This document shows, piece by piece, positions 62,646 to 64,000 of a stretch of 64,000 nt of DNA. This DNA is from an uncultured Pseudomonadota bacterium (GTDB lineage: Bacteria; Desulfobacterota; Binatia; Binatales; Binataceae). Under the pieces are notes generated by a model. The model worked only from the letters and a program-made list of their open reading frames with translations. It was not told the DNA's origin and made no database searches. Where the stretch lies: the NCBI GenBank assembly GCA_963837035.1, contig CAWIMH010000035.1, positions 341,770-405,769 of the forward strand, given 5' to 3'. Within the stretch, counting starts at the first letter, position 1, and each line of letters begins with the position of its first letter. Made by a program: the position numbers and the translations under genes.

Positions 62646-62684
62646 GTACGCGGCGCCCGCGGATTTGTCCGGGGCGCCGCGTAC
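62646..62684. terminator. bidirectional terminator hairpin between convergent genes (13-bp perfect stem GTACGCGGCGCCC, 13-nt loop)
   Basis: gtacgcggcgccc-gcggatttgtccg-gggcgccgcgtac lies between the Kelch stop (62619) and the phosphoketolase stop (62687). Confidence 0.55.
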
Positions 62685-62686
62685 GT

Positions 62687-64000
62687 TCAATACGGCCACC
62701 TCCAGTCGGTGATTTCGGGTTTGTCGATGCCGTTCGCGGTCGCGTAGTCAAGGTTCTCGCAAATCTGATCCTTGAGCCAATCCTTGAGGTGGGCGCCTTT
62801 CTCCTGCAGAGTCGCGACCCGGTCGATCACGTCGATCGCCAACGTGAAGCGGTCGGTCTGATTGTGGATCGCCAGTTGTAGTGGAGTGTTGATGCTGCCG
62901 AATTCCTTGTAGCCGCGTACATGCAGATTTTCATGATTGGCCCGGCGGTAGGCCAGCTTGTGAACCAGCCAAGGATAGCCATGAAAGTTGAAAATGACCG
63001 GCTTGTCGACGGTAAAGAGGCTATCGAAGTCGCGATCACTGAGACCGTGCGGATGCTCCGTGTCGGGCTGCATCTTGAAGAGGTCCACTACGTTGACGAA
63101 GCGAATCTTCAAAGTGGGAAAGCCTTCGCGAAGTAGGGCAACTGCAGCCAGCGCCTCTTGCGTAGCCACGTCTCCAGCACTGGCGACGACGACGTCGGGC
63201 GAAGCACCCTGATCGGTACTAGCCCAGGACCATAATCCGATTCCTTTGGTGCAATGTTTGACCGCCGAATCGATATCGAGGAACTGCAGGTGCGGCTGTT
63301 TATCGGCGACGATAATGTTGACGTAATCGGTGCTACGCAGGCAATGGTCGGCCACACTCAACAAGCAATTGGCGTCGGGGGGCAGATAGATGCGCGTGAC
63401 CATGGGGCTTTTATTCGTCACGACATCGATGAAGCCGGGGTCCTGATGTGTGAAGCCATTATGATCCTGACGCCAGACGGTGGAGCTGATGAGAATGTTG
63501 AGCGAGGAAATCGGAGCCCGCCAGGAGACCTCAGAGTGGGCTTTCTCGAGCCATTTCGCGTGCTGACCCACCATCGAGTCGATTATGTGGGCAAAAGCCT
63601 CGTAAGTGTTGAAGAAGACGTGCCGACCGGTAAGCAGATAGCCTTCCATCCAGCCCTCGAGCGTATGCTCGCTCAGCATCTCCATTACACGGCCATCGGG
63701 AGCGAGGTCGCCGCCGTCAGCATCTTCAGGCCGAAGCTCCGCAAGCCACGTCTTGGGGGTCGCCTCGTAGATGGCGTTCAGACGGTTGGAAGCGGTCTCG
63801 TCCGGACCGAAGACCCGGAAGTTGTCCATGTTCTCGCGCATTACATCGCGCAGAAACTGACCGAGGATGTAGGTATTCTGCCCCTCTGATTGACCGGGCC
63901 GATCGACGGCCGCGGCGTAGTCACGGAATTCCGGCAGGCGCAGCGGTTCGCGGAGCAGGCCGCCGTTCGCATGAGGATTTGCACTGATCCGCCGGTTGCC
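62687..64000 (-). CDS. xfp: phosphoketolase (xylulose-5-P/fructose-6-P phosphoketolase), C-terminal about 435 aa; the N-terminus lies beyond the window end
   Basis: Upstream of the annotated Met, the frame stays open to position 64000 and reads ...[66 protein letters not shown].... Within the window the C-terminal domain ends ...[14 protein letters not shown]. Confidence 0.8.
   Translation of the reverse strand, partial: GNRRISANPHANGGLLREPLRLPEFRDYAAAVDRPGQSEGQNTYILGQFLRDVMRENMDNFRVFGPDETASNRLNAIYEATPKTWLAELRPEDADGGDLAPDGRVMEMLSEHTLEGWMEGYLLTGRHVFFNTYEAFAHIIDSMVGQHAKWLEKAHSEVSWRAPISSLNILISSTVWRQDHNGFTHQDPGFIDVVTNKSPMVTRIYLPPDANCLLSVADHCLRSTDYVNIIVADKQPHLQFLDIDSAVKHCTKGIGLWSWASTDQGASPDVVVASAGDVATQEALAAVALLREGFPTLKIRFVNVVDLFKMQPDTEHPHGLSDRDFDSLFTVDKPVIFNFHGYPWLVHKLAYRRANHENLHVRGYKEFGSINTPLQLAIHNQTDRFTLAIDVIDRVATLQEKGAHLKDWLKDQICENLDYATANGIDKPEITDWRWPY

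Overview
This window is 64 kb of high-GC (about 60%) bacterial chromosome. The gene content (arylsulfatases, FadL, a sedolisin, a TPR-fused multiheme cytochrome, a phosphoketolase) suggests a soil bacterium such as an Acidobacterium, with low confidence. No CRISPR array and no rRNA gene were found. The main blocks are:

- **669-9445, minus strand.** Eight co-oriented envelope genes that include a secreted arylsulfatase.
- **9710-10096.** A stand-alone CheY-like receiver.
- **10.2-15.1 kb.** A histidine kinase, a FixJ-type regulator and a multiheme-cytochrome-TPR gene, all broken by frameshifts.
- **15.2-17.8 kb.** A second arylsulfatase module: small Cys peptide, then a sulfatase without signal peptide, then a membrane protein.
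- **17.8-21.2 kb.** A lower-GC segment with a 17-bp tandem repeat and a 688-aa beta-solenoid membrane protein.
- **21.3-22.8 kb.** A frameshifted amidohydrolase.
- **23.0-25.2 kb.** An ArsR-TauE/SafE-DUF1634-UspA operon.
- **26.0-29.5 kb.** An IscA-like protein, DUF4168, a VIT1 transporter and a tandem CYTH pair.
- **29.7-43.6 kb.** A roughly 13.8-kb decayed phage-derived island at tRNA-Leu(CAA). It carries integrase, AlpA, a P4-like primase, a tape measure protein and small and large terminase subunits, mostly frameshifted. It is bounded by the intact tRNA and a 61-nt duplicated tRNA 3' fragment.
- **43.7-44.7 kb.** A frameshifted PHB-depolymerase-type esterase.
- **46.5-50.9 kb.** An IS21-family element (IstA and IstB) inserted into an adenylate-cyclase-TPR gene.
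- **51.2-52.9 kb.** A carboxylesterase with an in-frame amber codon.
- **53.1-64.0 kb.** A sedolisin protease, an aldo/keto reductase, an SDR, gluconokinase, a hydrolase, a GST, a Kelch propeller, and a phosphoketolase truncated by the window edge.

The most notable signals are these:

1. An 18-bp palindrome, ATTGTAC(N)TTGGTACAAT, sits about 160-170 nt upstream of both sulfatase operons.
2. Frameshifts are very dense but unevenly distributed. At least some fall in homopolymer runs, and the tRNA carries an extra G, so sequencing error and real pseudogenes cannot be separated from sequence alone.
3. The tRNA-bounded island carries inverted GGTGAYTSTGGTGA arm-like repeats near both ends.

ORF-track start codons shown as M are sometimes TTG or GTG.
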